NCBI GenBank assembly: GCA_963704655.1
Contig: OY969927.1
Location: 128,001 to 192,000 of the forward strand
DNA length: 64,000 bases
From: an uncultured Candidatus Babeliaceae bacterium
Lineage (GTDB): Bacteria; Babelota; Babeliae; Babelales; Babelaceae
Direction: 5' to 3'
The position numbers were made by a program, and so were the translations under genes. Below are positions 48,365 to 58,280 of this stretch, piece by piece. Below the pieces are notes generated by a model that did not search any database, had not been told where the DNA came from, and saw nothing but the letters and a program-made list of their open reading frames with translations. Each line of letters begins with the position of its first letter. The stretch's first letter is position 1.

Positions 48365-49743
48365 AAAATACAGGAATCAAGTTGGCAAAAAAAATATCCA
48401 CTCCACAAAAAGTTACATTAGCTGATTTAAAAATATTTAAACATCACCTAGAAATTATGCATCAGGTTGATGATTCTATGTTTCAAACTAAGGTATTTTA
48501 TAATGATGTTGATTTATTCACATTAAGCGAGCGTTTTGACAAAAACATGCTTGATAAAATCTATGCTCATATCGCAGTTGCTGAAACATTTAAATATTGT
48601 TCGTTATTTCCTGTCGCGATTGATTTCAGCATTATTTCTGAACATATCACCCGTGAAACCTTAGAATTTTTCTTATATGTATTTCAGAATGCATATGCCC
48701 AATGCAGATATGAAAATGGTATCGGAAATGAATATAGGCCAATTTTTATCTGTGAAAATAAACCGCATGCGGTTGCACCTGCTTTTTATGCACCAGATGA
48801 AACAATTTTAGTGGGTAATGGTGGAGGCAAGGATAGCTTTCTTGCTATGAAATTATTAGAAAAGGCTAATATCAGTTACTCAACGTTTCAATGGACAAGA
48901 TCTGAATATGGTCGGTCGCAGTATCAACATGAACTTTGTTCTAAGTTGCTACAACATGCTCCCCCCGTAAAAAGCCATAAGGTATCTGTGTATGATGATT
49001 TTACTGAGAGCCCATTTATTAAACTCTATTACCCACATTTAAAAGGCGCGTTTACCTTAGGTATTCCTGAATGCATCTTTGAAGCATTACCTATCATGCT
49101 ATTTAATAATTATCCTAGTTTATGTTTTGCAAATGAAAAAAGCTCTGATACCGGAAATTTATATTGGGATGAGATCCAGGGTGAAGTAAATCATCAATGG
49201 GTAAAAAGTTTAGAAGCAGAATTATTTTTCCAAAAATATATTAGCTCATATTTGGTACAGGATTTTAGTTTTTTTAGCATCTTAAAGCCGATATATGATT
49301 ACAGAATTTTTAAGAATATTGCCCATTACCCAGCATTTATTAAAAATTCTCATTCATGTAATGTAGATAAACCCTGGTGTAAAAAATGTGCAAAATGTGC
49401 ATATGTTTGGCTTGGCTATCTTGCACACTTTGATAAACAGTTAGTGGATCAAATTTTTGGAATAAATCCTTTTGATGATGAGGATCTTATTATTCATTAT
49501 AAAAATATGACAGGCATAGATGGTCACCGTTCTTTTGAATGCATAGGCAATATAGATGAATGTCAGTTATTCATGAAAAAATGTATTGAAAAGGGCCTTC
49601 AAGGAAAGATGCTTGATATTTTTAAGAAAGAGATATTGGAAAAAGATAAAAATTGGATCTTAACTGAAGAAAAATTTGATCAGATCTACACGGAAAATAA
49701 TATCCCCGGTACCGTATTTGAAAAAATTAAACTTTTTATTTAA
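48358..49743 (+). CDS. MurL-like ATP-dependent peptide epimerase (PP-loop family); start uncertain
   Basis: GGGKDS, NEKSS..GN, VNHQWVKS...E, HSCN...WCKKCAKC, FECIG. Confidence 0.65.
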   Translation: MLKNTGIKLAKKISTPQKVTLADLKIFKHHLEIMHQVDDSMFQTKVFYNDVDLFTLSERFDKNMLDKIYAHIAVAETFKYCSLFPVAIDFSIISEHITRETLEFFLYVFQNAYAQCRYENGIGNEYRPIFICENKPHAVAPAFYAPDETILVGNGGGKDSFLAMKLLEKANISYSTFQWTRSEYGRSQYQHELCSKLLQHAPPVKSHKVSVYDDFTESPFIKLYYPHLKGAFTLGIPECIFEALPIMLFNNYPSLCFANEKSSDTGNLYWDEIQGEVNHQWVKSLEAELFFQKYISSYLVQDFSFFSILKPIYDYRIFKNIAHYPAFIKNSHSCNVDKPWCKKCAKCAYVWLGYLAHFDKQLVDQIFGINPFDDEDLIIHYKNMTGIDGHRSFECIGNIDECQLFMKKCIEKGLQGKMLDIFKKEILEKDKNWILTEEKFDQIYTENNIPGTVFEKIKLFI

Positions 49744-49868
49744 ACGGGATGTTTCCAAATGTTAACTCTTGCTTGAAATATTGTATTTGTTACTCTTTAT
49801 AAAAGCTTCATGTGAAAATAAAAACGATAACATGAGCACATGTATCACATCAACTTGAGAGGTTCTCT

Positions 49869-51545
49869 ATGACTTTTTTGAAGAATAAAAGTATGTTTTT
49901 AGCGCTTGCGCTTATCATAACTTTTTCTCATACCATTTTCTGTCGCGTTGATAATAATATTGCGGGCCAGCCACAAGAATTAATTATTGTCGGCGGGGGA
50001 ATAGTTGGCGGAATCGAGGCCTATAATGCCCATCTTGATGCAAAGAAAAACAACCAACCGCTGCATATAACCGTATATGAAAAGAATGATTCAATTTCAC
50101 AAACAACCGTGAGCAATCTTGTTCCAAGTTTAACTTGTGATGAAATCTTATCAGTTGTTCCTCGTGGGCAGGAACTGGTAAAAAAATTAGAAGTTCCCTT
50201 TAATAAACCGGGCGGAATCCGTGTTGATGATGTAGCGGGAATCCATGGAACCGATACAACTGAACAGTTTAAGCAAGAAGTACAAAACTACAGCCTTGAT
50301 GAAGAAGGGCATGCACAACGCACACAAGATCTTTTAGCTCTTGGTAAAATGAGCATGGACATGTGGCAAGATATCTACAACAATGCCGATGCTGAGTTTA
50401 AAGGCATATTAGATTCATCAAACTTTAATGCATGCCGTGAACCATTACAAAGTGGAAGCAAAGTATTGCGTGACGGTTACCGAATCGATTTAATTTACAA
50501 TGTACCAAATGCACAACAACGTGCTGAGGGCATGATCAGTGATTACAATGCATTAGGATATAAACATTGCACGATTTTAACACCTGCAGAAGTAATTGCA
50601 ATCGATCCATTTCTTAAAGATTTCTGTGAAAAACATTCTGTAGATAATGTATGGAACAATGACACAGTTGCTCTCTGGCGCCCAGGTGGCTGCATAGATG
50701 CGCAGGTATTCCTTCCAAAACTTTATGAATATCTTAAAAAAGTTATGGGTGACCGCTTTCAGATTAATTATGGCAAAAAAGTAACTGCAATCGGTTTTGC
50801 AAAAGATGCTGCTGGAAAAACAGTAATTGCCGGTCTGAAATTTGAAGATGGTCAAATTCTTACAAAAGATGCTGCTCTGTGTCAATTTGTGTTCTGTCCT
50901 GGTGAAGCAGTGGGAACACTTAAAAAACTCGGTCTTTGCGAACCGGCATATGCAGGTTTTGCAGGTGTATCGTTGATGCTTGATATCGAAATTCCACAAG
51001 ACAAATTAAAAGAGTATGCAAAATTCAACCATTGTATGGAAGTTCACCAAGAGGGTGTTGTTCTTGCATGGCAAGCACGCTTTAGAAATAACAAAATCTT
51101 TATCGGTGTTGCGGGAACAAAATCGTTCTATAGCGATCAGCAGCCAACTAAAGATCAGGAGTTTGCAAGAAACAGAAACCTCTTACAACTCAATATGGTT
51201 AACGATGTTCTTCCAGAATTTATTTCGTTAGCGTTGAAATATGACACTAAAGGCAAAACGTTAACAGAAAAAGATTTAAACTACTTAGAAGAACAGAAAA
51301 TCGCAAAACGCTGGGCCGGTGTCCGTGCAGTTGTATATGACGGGTTCCCAACAGTTGGGTTTGTCTATAAAGACGATTCAAAAGTAGAAAACGCACGTTG
51401 CACAACTCACTTGGGTTCAGGCGGCGGTTCATTCTCGCCTGCAACGGTTGTTATGAGTCGTAATGCAATGAACAAAGAGCAGGATGCATTTACCAAACGC
51501 ATCTTAAAATATGGCAACTCTGCCCGTACATCAAGATCTGTATAA
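49869..51545 (+). CDS. Secreted FAD-dependent oxidoreductase (D-amino acid dehydrogenase-like)
   Basis: GAGG RBS; signal peptide; IIVGGGIVG, VYEK, WAGVR....DGFP.VG, HLGSGG.S. Confidence 0.7.
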   Translation: MTFLKNKSMFLALALIITFSHTIFCRVDNNIAGQPQELIIVGGGIVGGIEAYNAHLDAKKNNQPLHITVYEKNDSISQTTVSNLVPSLTCDEILSVVPRGQELVKKLEVPFNKPGGIRVDDVAGIHGTDTTEQFKQEVQNYSLDEEGHAQRTQDLLALGKMSMDMWQDIYNNADAEFKGILDSSNFNACREPLQSGSKVLRDGYRIDLIYNVPNAQQRAEGMISDYNALGYKHCTILTPAEVIAIDPFLKDFCEKHSVDNVWNNDTVALWRPGGCIDAQVFLPKLYEYLKKVMGDRFQINYGKKVTAIGFAKDAAGKTVIAGLKFEDGQILTKDAALCQFVFCPGEAVGTLKKLGLCEPAYAGFAGVSLMLDIEIPQDKLKEYAKFNHCMEVHQEGVVLAWQARFRNNKIFIGVAGTKSFYSDQQPTKDQEFARNRNLLQLNMVNDVLPEFISLALKYDTKGKTLTEKDLNYLEEQKIAKRWAGVRAVVYDGFPTVGFVYKDDSKVENARCTTHLGSGGGSFSPATVVMSRNAMNKEQDAFTKRILKYGNSARTSRSV

Positions 51546-51568
51546 GTAATTTTGTTATAAAAAGACAG

Positions 51569-51602
51569 AAAAAAGCCTCTAGTTAATTCTAGAGGCTTTT
51601 TT
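51569..51602. terminator. Bidirectional intrinsic terminator
   Basis: AAAAAAGCCTCTAG-TTAATT-CTAGAGGCTTTTTT. Confidence 0.85.
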
Positions 51603-51683
51603 AATTTAAAAATTATTTAATTTAACATGTTTCACACCCATGTAGCATATGACGAGCTATGCTTTCGGGCTTACATCACCACC

Positions 51684-51712
51684 GTGTCATTCCGGGCTTG
51701 AACCGGAATCCA
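51684..51712 (+). repeat. REP-like repeat, family C half
   Basis: GTGTCATTCCGGGCTTGAACCGGAATCCA vs GTGTCATCCCGGACTTGATCCGGGATCT at 7839. Confidence 0.7.
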
Positions 51713-52000
51713 TCTATTAAAATATAATCTATTAAATAGTTGGTACGTGTAGCCCGAAAAATACCGGTGCTTGTAGCGAGAAAAAACTGTTGTTTTTCAA
51801 AGTTACTTCAATATCCAAATACTCTGGAGTGATAAAAGATTGTGTTTTGCCTTCGGCATCTTTTGGTGAATCAACTTCTGCAAAGAGTATTTTTTCTATT
51901 TTTTCATGTGGCTGAATAACTATAGAAGTGTCACCAATGCTAAATTTTTTGATAATGGGCTCAAGTGCCTGAAGTTTAGCTAGCTTGATAATTTTTACTC

Positions 52001-53155
52001 TCACGCTGGAAAATGGCGTGGGGCAATTTTTTTAGATTCACGAATAATGTTATCTAAGATGTCTTTTAGCCGTTCTGCAAATTCTGCAGTGCACGGTTCC
52101 CACAAATCTTGGTTTATATCTTCTTTAGCCGTAAGGGTTAAGTTTGCCGTTGTTATAAGCGCTTGGCATTGTCCATTGCATTTACGTAATATCGCTTTAA
52201 TATGCATTTTTTTGGGGTGGTTAAAGCGCGTCGTTATGTCTTGATGTTTATTAAAGACATAAACATCGACACCGGCATTAAAAAGGTCCTTGATTTTGTT
52301 TGGGTTTTTTTGCCAGCTTTCGCCATCAAGAAGAACGGTTACTGGTTTGCCAGATTGTTTTGCTTGAATAATCGATTGCACAAATTCTGGGTCATCGAGC
52401 TTATATGCGGTGATGTAAAGATAATCATCAGGTTGTGCGCAGGCCCCATATCCTTCAATAAGTTCTTTTTTTGCCGCACGCGCTTGTGGGTATGTGGTGT
52501 GCATGATAGTTCTTTTGGTGAGATCAAAAGGAGTTTTTACCACACGGTCATAAAAATCTCTCCCAAGGCGTTGTTGATCGCCAAAACTTTCTTTAAATGA
52601 TTCTGTATCTGTACAGCGCATCATAATTTCATGATTTTCTGGCGAGGCTTGAGTCATATTCAGTGAACCAATATAGACAACTTTATCTTCACTTTGATCG
52701 TTTGTGCCACGGATGTTCTTTTTGATGACTACACGCTTAGTATGTAACTTCCGATTAGTAATTTCTGGAATTGGTTTATATTCTGTTATAGAGATATTAT
52801 TTTTATCTCTTAAACGTTTGTATGCGCTTTTGCGATTAGGTGATTCCTCTTTACTAGGGTCATTAACAAAGACTTTAACGGTCACGTTTCGTTCTGCAGC
52901 GCTTATAAGTGCATCGATAATTTTTTGGTTTGAAAGTGAAGGGCTCTCGATGCCGATATAACCATTTGGTTGCACGGCGTTGATATCGGTTACTATTTCG
53001 TCGATTATGTCATCATGCGGTGTTGCTAATAATCTACATGTTGGCTCGAGCTTGATTCTTTTTGATGACGATGATGCCTCTGCTGCATATGCTTGAGCAA
53101 CGATGAAACTTGAAGACAGTATGAATACAATTTTTTTTATACTTAAGTAATGCAT
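52001..53155 (-). CDS. Secreted phospholipase D/nuclease superfamily protein with two HxK motifs
   Basis: Signal peptide; LHTKRVV...YIGSLNMT and MHIKAIL...ITTANLT; AAERNVTVKVFV. Confidence 0.8.
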   Translation of the reverse strand: MHYLSIKKIVFILSSSFIVAQAYAAEASSSSKRIKLEPTCRLLATPHDDIIDEIVTDINAVQPNGYIGIESPSLSNQKIIDALISAAERNVTVKVFVNDPSKEESPNRKSAYKRLRDKNNISITEYKPIPEITNRKLHTKRVVIKKNIRGTNDQSEDKVVYIGSLNMTQASPENHEIMMRCTDTESFKESFGDQQRLGRDFYDRVVKTPFDLTKRTIMHTTYPQARAAKKELIEGYGACAQPDDYLYITAYKLDDPEFVQSIIQAKQSGKPVTVLLDGESWQKNPNKIKDLFNAGVDVYVFNKHQDITTRFNHPKKMHIKAILRKCNGQCQALITTANLTLTAKEDINQDLWEPCTAEFAERLKDILDNIIRESKKIAPRHFPA

Positions 53156-53167
53156 GTAATTATCCTT

Positions 53168-53219
53168 TATATCCCCAACCCATTCGACTTCGCTATGCTT
53201 CGCTCAGGGTGAGCGGCGG
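53168..53219 (-). repeat. REP-like repeat, family A
   Basis: Reverse complement CCGCTCACCCTGAGCGAAGCATAGCGAAGTCGAATGGGTTGGGGATATA. Confidence 0.8.
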
Positions 53220-53338
53220 ATATGTTCACAGCATAAAATATAGATTCTTCGATGTGCAATACATCTTTTCTCTAGAAACTATTATTGACCTTTAACAAAG
53301 CTTATTATTACTATAAAAAAAGTTAAAAAGGGAGCGCA

Positions 53339-55249
53339 ATGGTAAATTTAAAAAAAGTTATAGTAGTTTTTATTTTTTCATGCATAAGTATCGATGTTAA
53401 GTTAGCAGCTTTGGCGTCGCCAACATCACCTGAGTATATTCCGGAAGTGGCAAGGACCGGGCGATTGCCTTTCGATCAAATTGATGCTTTATATTTTTAT
53501 GACACGCGCTATGCAGACTATTTTAAAGGGCTTAAATATATTGTCGGTTTAGGCGTTGAGCCTCAAAGAGAGATAGGTTTTGAATTGATTATGAAAGCTG
53601 CCAAGAAGGGGCTTCTCGTAGCGCAGCGTGCTCTTGCTACATATTATTTTGATGGTATTGGAACGCAAAAAAATAAAAGAGAAGCATTTAATTGGTATAA
53701 AAAAATCTCTGACCAGGACGCTTTTGCTCTAGCGCAGTTATATCGTTTGCCATTTTTTGAGAATGAACACGTTTATTTAGAGGTTCCTGAATGGAAGGAA
53801 TATATAGAAAGTCAGCCTATTAAAGAAAAATTAATGAAGCTGGCACGCGAAAAAAACCCTGATGCTGAATTTGCTCTTGCAGAGCTTTATTTATATGGTG
53901 ATATTTTTCCTAAAGATGAAAAAATGGGGATAAAGCTTCTCAAATCTGCCGCAGAAAATCATATTTATGCTGCCGGACAACTTGGTAAGTATTATCACTT
54001 TGGGATATTAGTTCCGCAGAATGATCAATTGGCATTTAAGAATTTTGAAAAAGCTCAAGCCGTTTCTGAAGAAGCGCGCTATCACCTTGCAATGATGCAT
54101 TTAAAGCCTGGCAAGCCATTTTCTGATCCTAAAAAAGCTATAGCATCTTTAAAGGAACTGGCTAAAACAAATTACCCGGACGCCAACTTTAGGTTAGGCG
54201 AATTAGCCTATTTGGGTATTGATGATAATGGCGAATCTACTGAACCAGATTATGAAAAAGCTTTCTCATTTCTTGATAAAGCGCGTCAGTTGGGCAATAA
54301 AATAGCGCCATATTATCTTGCACAGATGTACGCCCAGGGACTTGGTTGTACAAAAAATAAGGATGAAGCACGTGCACTCTATCGACAAATAATGGACTCT
54401 CCTGATGATGAGCTCAGACAAGTAAAAGCAATTATGTATCACTATGGTGTTTTTGTTGATAAAGACCTTGAAAAGGCAAAAAGTTTGTATCAGCAGGTTC
54501 CCAGTGAAATTTCAGAGAAAGCCTTACAAGAAATATATGATGAGCAGTATCCAGCGCAGGTAACAACAACTAAATCAAAGGGAAAAGGTAAGACAAAAGC
54601 AGCTTTAGAGCCAGCACAAAAACCTTCTGTGTCAGAAACACAAGCGAGCTCTTCGACCAAAGTTTTTAGCGAAGTTTCTAGTGAAGTTTCTAAAGATATC
54701 GATATCGCTGGCCATGTTCTTAAAGATAGTCTTAATAGGGTATTGTCTTATGATGACAAAAGTATAATTACCGATATCGATTCAGATAAAGGGATCATTA
54801 CTATTAATGACCCATCTGAGGAATCTATTATTACGGTAAATGTGCCCTTAAAAACAATCACTGGCCGTGATTTGGAAAAACTTATAGCATTTACCTATGA
54901 CGACCATGAAAGTTCTAAAGGACGCCTAACGGTAAAAAAATGGTTTACCACACCGATGCAAGAGCTTGTTAAAAAGTATCCACAAGAAACAGAAACAATA
55001 GATCGACACCGATTCGCGCAGCGTCTGGATGAAATCATGCAACTGTATGGTGAAAAAACATATATTCCACAGGGTGACCGTGTACTTAAAAATTTAAGAT
55101 TACCCGGCACCATAACCAAAAAAGATGGTCAGCAACTTACCGGCTTTTTTGAATTTGGTTTTTATAAAGATCCTAAAAAGGGCAATGTTTTAAACCATCG
55201 ATTCTTTAGTCCGTATACCAAAGCAACAAAAGAGTATCCAAAGATTTAA
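53339..55249 (+). CDS. Secreted Sel1-like repeat protein with a distinct C-terminal domain
   Basis: AQRALATYYFDGIG.QKN..EAFNWY, AEFALAELYLYG, ANFRLGELAYLG, APYYLAQMYAQGLG; S/K-rich linker. Confidence 0.85.
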   Translation: MVNLKKVIVVFIFSCISIDVKLAALASPTSPEYIPEVARTGRLPFDQIDALYFYDTRYADYFKGLKYIVGLGVEPQREIGFELIMKAAKKGLLVAQRALATYYFDGIGTQKNKREAFNWYKKISDQDAFALAQLYRLPFFENEHVYLEVPEWKEYIESQPIKEKLMKLAREKNPDAEFALAELYLYGDIFPKDEKMGIKLLKSAAENHIYAAGQLGKYYHFGILVPQNDQLAFKNFEKAQAVSEEARYHLAMMHLKPGKPFSDPKKAIASLKELAKTNYPDANFRLGELAYLGIDDNGESTEPDYEKAFSFLDKARQLGNKIAPYYLAQMYAQGLGCTKNKDEARALYRQIMDSPDDELRQVKAIMYHYGVFVDKDLEKAKSLYQQVPSEISEKALQEIYDEQYPAQVTTTKSKGKGKTKAALEPAQKPSVSETQASSSTKVFSEVSSEVSKDIDIAGHVLKDSLNRVLSYDDKSIITDIDSDKGIITINDPSEESIITVNVPLKTITGRDLEKLIAFTYDDHESSKGRLTVKKWFTTPMQELVKKYPQETETIDRHRFAQRLDEIMQLYGEKTYIPQGDRVLKNLRLPGTITKKDGQQLTGFFEFGFYKDPKKGNVLNHRFFSPYTKATKEYPKI

Positions 55250-55265
55250 TTTTTAAAGGGTTTAC

Positions 55266-57209
55266 ATGTTTCATTTTGTCTTTATAGCAAGCATTCTATG
55301 CGCGGTTAATGTGCAGGCGGATTGCACGCAAGTATTTGCTCATAAGAAAAACCCTGATCTTTATTGGCAGGCGCTTTTGGAAGTTGCCCACGGCAACAAA
55401 GAGGCTGCTTTAAAAACGGTTGCAGGAATTAATAATAGCCAGGCAATAACACGTGCGCTGCCATGGAAAGATCCCCAATCTGATATTGATGCGTTTTTTG
55501 ATAAACTCTTTTTAGATTCTGTATCATGTGATCCACAGATGTTGAGTCAGATCCGTTTATTTGAATCGATCGGTATATATGACCATAACATTCAACTTAC
55601 AAATGTTTCGCCCAAAGCGTATCTGCAAAATCTTTGCAAGGCACAAGAAAATTTAGCATGTTTAAATCGCTATAATTATGAGAGTTTATCTCGGGACCAA
55701 AAAATAGCGTATAAAATATTTTCTTGGATGTTGCATCAGGCAGTGGCAGGTGAGAAATTCCTGTTTCATGCCTATAAAATTAATCAATTGGATGGTGTCC
55801 TTATTGATCTTGTCGATCTTTTTATACGCTATCATAAGCTCGAAACTGCGCAAGATGCCGAGCGCTATATTACACGGCTCAGTAAAATTCCTCAGCATTT
55901 TCAACAAGCGATAGAATTTCTTGAAGTGCAAAAAGATAAAGGCCTTCTGCCGCCACGGTTCACGATTGAAAAAGTAATTTTGAGCATAAAAAAAATAGTA
56001 GCAGAGTGCACAGATAAAAATATCTTTTATACCTATTTAAAAGAACAATTAGATACAATCAATGTAAAAAATCGCAGGACGATACTTAAAAAAGCAAGAC
56101 GGGTAATTGAGCATGATGTTTGTCCCGCTTACCAGATGTTGCAAAGATATTTTACGCATCTCCTTGATCGCGTGCATACAAATAATGGCGTTTGGGCCTT
56201 GCCGGATGGTGACGAGTATTATCGATATATGCTTAAGTGCCACACAACAACCACATTATCAGCAGATGCGATTCATGCTATTGGGTTACAGCACGTGGCA
56301 CAGATTCACCAAGAAATACGTAAGCTTTTGGCCAGCGAAAAACTTGATGATAAAAATAAGAGCGTTGGCGCTTTAATGCGCGAATTTTCAGAGAATCCAC
56401 GATTTTATTATCCAAATACCGATGCAGGGCGTGAAGAATGTCTTGTTGATTTTCGCGTAATTTTTGAACGGAGCAAAAAAGATTTGGGATATCTGTTTGG
56501 CCTTAAACCACAGGCCGGTTTAGTAATTCAACGGTTTCCCGTTCAGGAAGAGGACGGCGCTCCTAGTGCCAATAATTTAATGCCAAGTATTGATGGGTCG
56601 CGACCCGGTGTTGTTCTTTTAAATTTACGTAATATGGCTGAAGTACCAAAATTTGACATGGAGACATTAATTATTCATGAGGGTGATCCGGGTCATCATT
56701 TTCAAAGTGCGTTACAGTGCCAAATTGATATACCCATTTTGCTTAAAATTGCACTTTTTAATGGTTATTGCGAAGGGTGGGCACTCTATGCAGAAAAGCT
56801 TGCCTATGAGTATGATTTCTATTCTTCATTATCCTCAAAATTGGGCCATTTGCAGAATGATCTTCTGCGTGCGGCACGGTTAGTTGTTGACACAGGAATT
56901 CATCATAAGCGTTGGACACGTGAACAGGCAATTGTATATATGGAAAATGTTACCGGCATTCACCATGATAGTGTAGTTACAGAAGTGGAACGTTATTTTG
57001 TGCTTCCGGGCCAGGCATGCTCGTATAAAATAGGTCAATTAAAAATTCTTGAACTGCGAAAACGTGCACAGCAAAAACTGGGTGATACATTTGATATTCG
57101 CGAGTTCCATGACGTAGTTCTAAAAATTGCTGCTGCTCCACTTACAATTCTTGAAGAGGTAGTTGATCGGTATATTAATGAACGAATAAAAAAAGGTTGT
57201 AGTGTATGA
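55266..57209 (+). CDS. DUF885 family protein (putative metallopeptidase)
   Basis: GVWALPDGDEYY, HEGDPGHHFQ, EGWALYAE, RLVVDTGIH, EVERY...PGQA.SYKIG. Confidence 0.9.
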   Translation: MFHFVFIASILCAVNVQADCTQVFAHKKNPDLYWQALLEVAHGNKEAALKTVAGINNSQAITRALPWKDPQSDIDAFFDKLFLDSVSCDPQMLSQIRLFESIGIYDHNIQLTNVSPKAYLQNLCKAQENLACLNRYNYESLSRDQKIAYKIFSWMLHQAVAGEKFLFHAYKINQLDGVLIDLVDLFIRYHKLETAQDAERYITRLSKIPQHFQQAIEFLEVQKDKGLLPPRFTIEKVILSIKKIVAECTDKNIFYTYLKEQLDTINVKNRRTILKKARRVIEHDVCPAYQMLQRYFTHLLDRVHTNNGVWALPDGDEYYRYMLKCHTTTTLSADAIHAIGLQHVAQIHQEIRKLLASEKLDDKNKSVGALMREFSENPRFYYPNTDAGREECLVDFRVIFERSKKDLGYLFGLKPQAGLVIQRFPVQEEDGAPSANNLMPSIDGSRPGVVLLNLRNMAEVPKFDMETLIIHEGDPGHHFQSALQCQIDIPILLKIALFNGYCEGWALYAEKLAYEYDFYSSLSSKLGHLQNDLLRAARLVVDTGIHHKRWTREQAIVYMENVTGIHHDSVVTEVERYFVLPGQACSYKIGQLKILELRKRAQQKLGDTFDIREFHDVVLKIAAAPLTILEEVVDRYINERIKKGCSV

Positions 57210-57742
57210 AGAAAAAATTGTTACCCTTAGCTAAAGTCTATCAATTACTTGAACCGGGGCCGGTTGTGATGGTTTCTACATTATATAAAGGCAAGCCAAA
57301 TATTATGACCATGTCATGGCACATGATGGTAGATTTTGAGCCGCCGATTGTAGCAATTGTCATGGGCAGTGGTGATTACTCATTTTCTATTTTAAAAGAA
57401 ACCAAAGAGTGTGTGATTAATATCCCCACTGTTGAACTTGTTGAAAAGGCTGTGGGTGTTGGTAATTGCACTGGGGCAAAGGTTGATAAGTTTAAGAAAT
57501 TTCAGCTTACGCAAGAGCCTGCAACACTGGTTAATGTCCCTATGATCGCTGAGTGCTATGCAAATTTTGAATGTAAAGTTGTTGATATGAAGATGGCAGA
57601 AAAATATAATATCTTTATTCTAGAAGTGGTTAAAGCGTGGGTCACAACATCGAAAAAAAGACAACGCACGGTTCACCATTGTGGCAACGGTGTCTTTGTT
57701 GTTGACGGCAAGGTGATCGAATTACCGTCAAAAAAGAAATAA
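57206..57742 (+). CDS. Flavin reductase-like (DIM6/NTAB) family protein
   Basis: LLEPGPVVMV, NIMTMSW, ECVINIP, VGNCTG..VDKF, ECYANFEC. Confidence 0.88.
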   Translation: MKKKLLPLAKVYQLLEPGPVVMVSTLYKGKPNIMTMSWHMMVDFEPPIVAIVMGSGDYSFSILKETKECVINIPTVELVEKAVGVGNCTGAKVDKFKKFQLTQEPATLVNVPMIAECYANFECKVVDMKMAEKYNIFILEVVKAWVTTSKKRQRTVHHCGNGVFVVDGKVIELPSKKK

Positions 57743-57752
57743 GAGGAGCATC

Positions 57753-58229
57753 ATGAAAAAAATAGTAACGTTGAGTATCGCATTACTCTATATATTTCCA
57801 AGTTTATGTAGGGTAGAATCAGCTAGAAAGTTGGAACAGATGGTAAGAATTCTTGCACTTAATACATCAAATGCGCCCAAAGCTATCGGGCCCTACAGCC
57901 AAGCAATAAAAGTAAAAAATGCACAAGAAACAGTATATATTTCTGGTCAGTTACCTATTAACCCAGAAACTGGTGATATGGAAAGCGACCCAGTAAAAGC
58001 AACAGAACAGTGCATGAAAAACTTACGTGCGATTTTAAAAGAAGCAGAGATGGATTTTAGTAATGTAGTTGAAACTACTATATTGCTAAAAAATATTGAA
58101 GATTTTCCGGTGGTTAATACCGCCTATGCATCGTTCTTACAAGAGCCGTACCCTGCACGTGCAACATTTCAAGCAGGCGCGTTACCAAAAGGCGCAGTTG
58201 TTGAAATCAAAATGACGGCGGTTAAGTAA
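57753..58229 (+). CDS. RidA/YjgF family deaminase with signal-peptide-like N-terminal extension
   Basis: APKAIGPYSQA, ISGQLP, YPARA, LPKGA.VEI; GAGGAG RBS before MKKIVTLSIALLYIFPSLC. Confidence 0.88.
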   Translation: MKKIVTLSIALLYIFPSLCRVESARKLEQMVRILALNTSNAPKAIGPYSQAIKVKNAQETVYISGQLPINPETGDMESDPVKATEQCMKNLRAILKEAEMDFSNVVETTILLKNIEDFPVVNTAYASFLQEPYPARATFQAGALPKGAVVEIKMTAVK

Positions 58230-58280
58230 GTTTTTTCTTGATTTGATACTTTTTTTATAGAAAAATCACAAGAGCAAAGT

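Noticed and set aside
51732-52004. 90-aa ORF downstream of the PLD gene
   Set aside because: Might be a real gene or a fragment (GTG start overlapping the PLD stop) but no motif I can support
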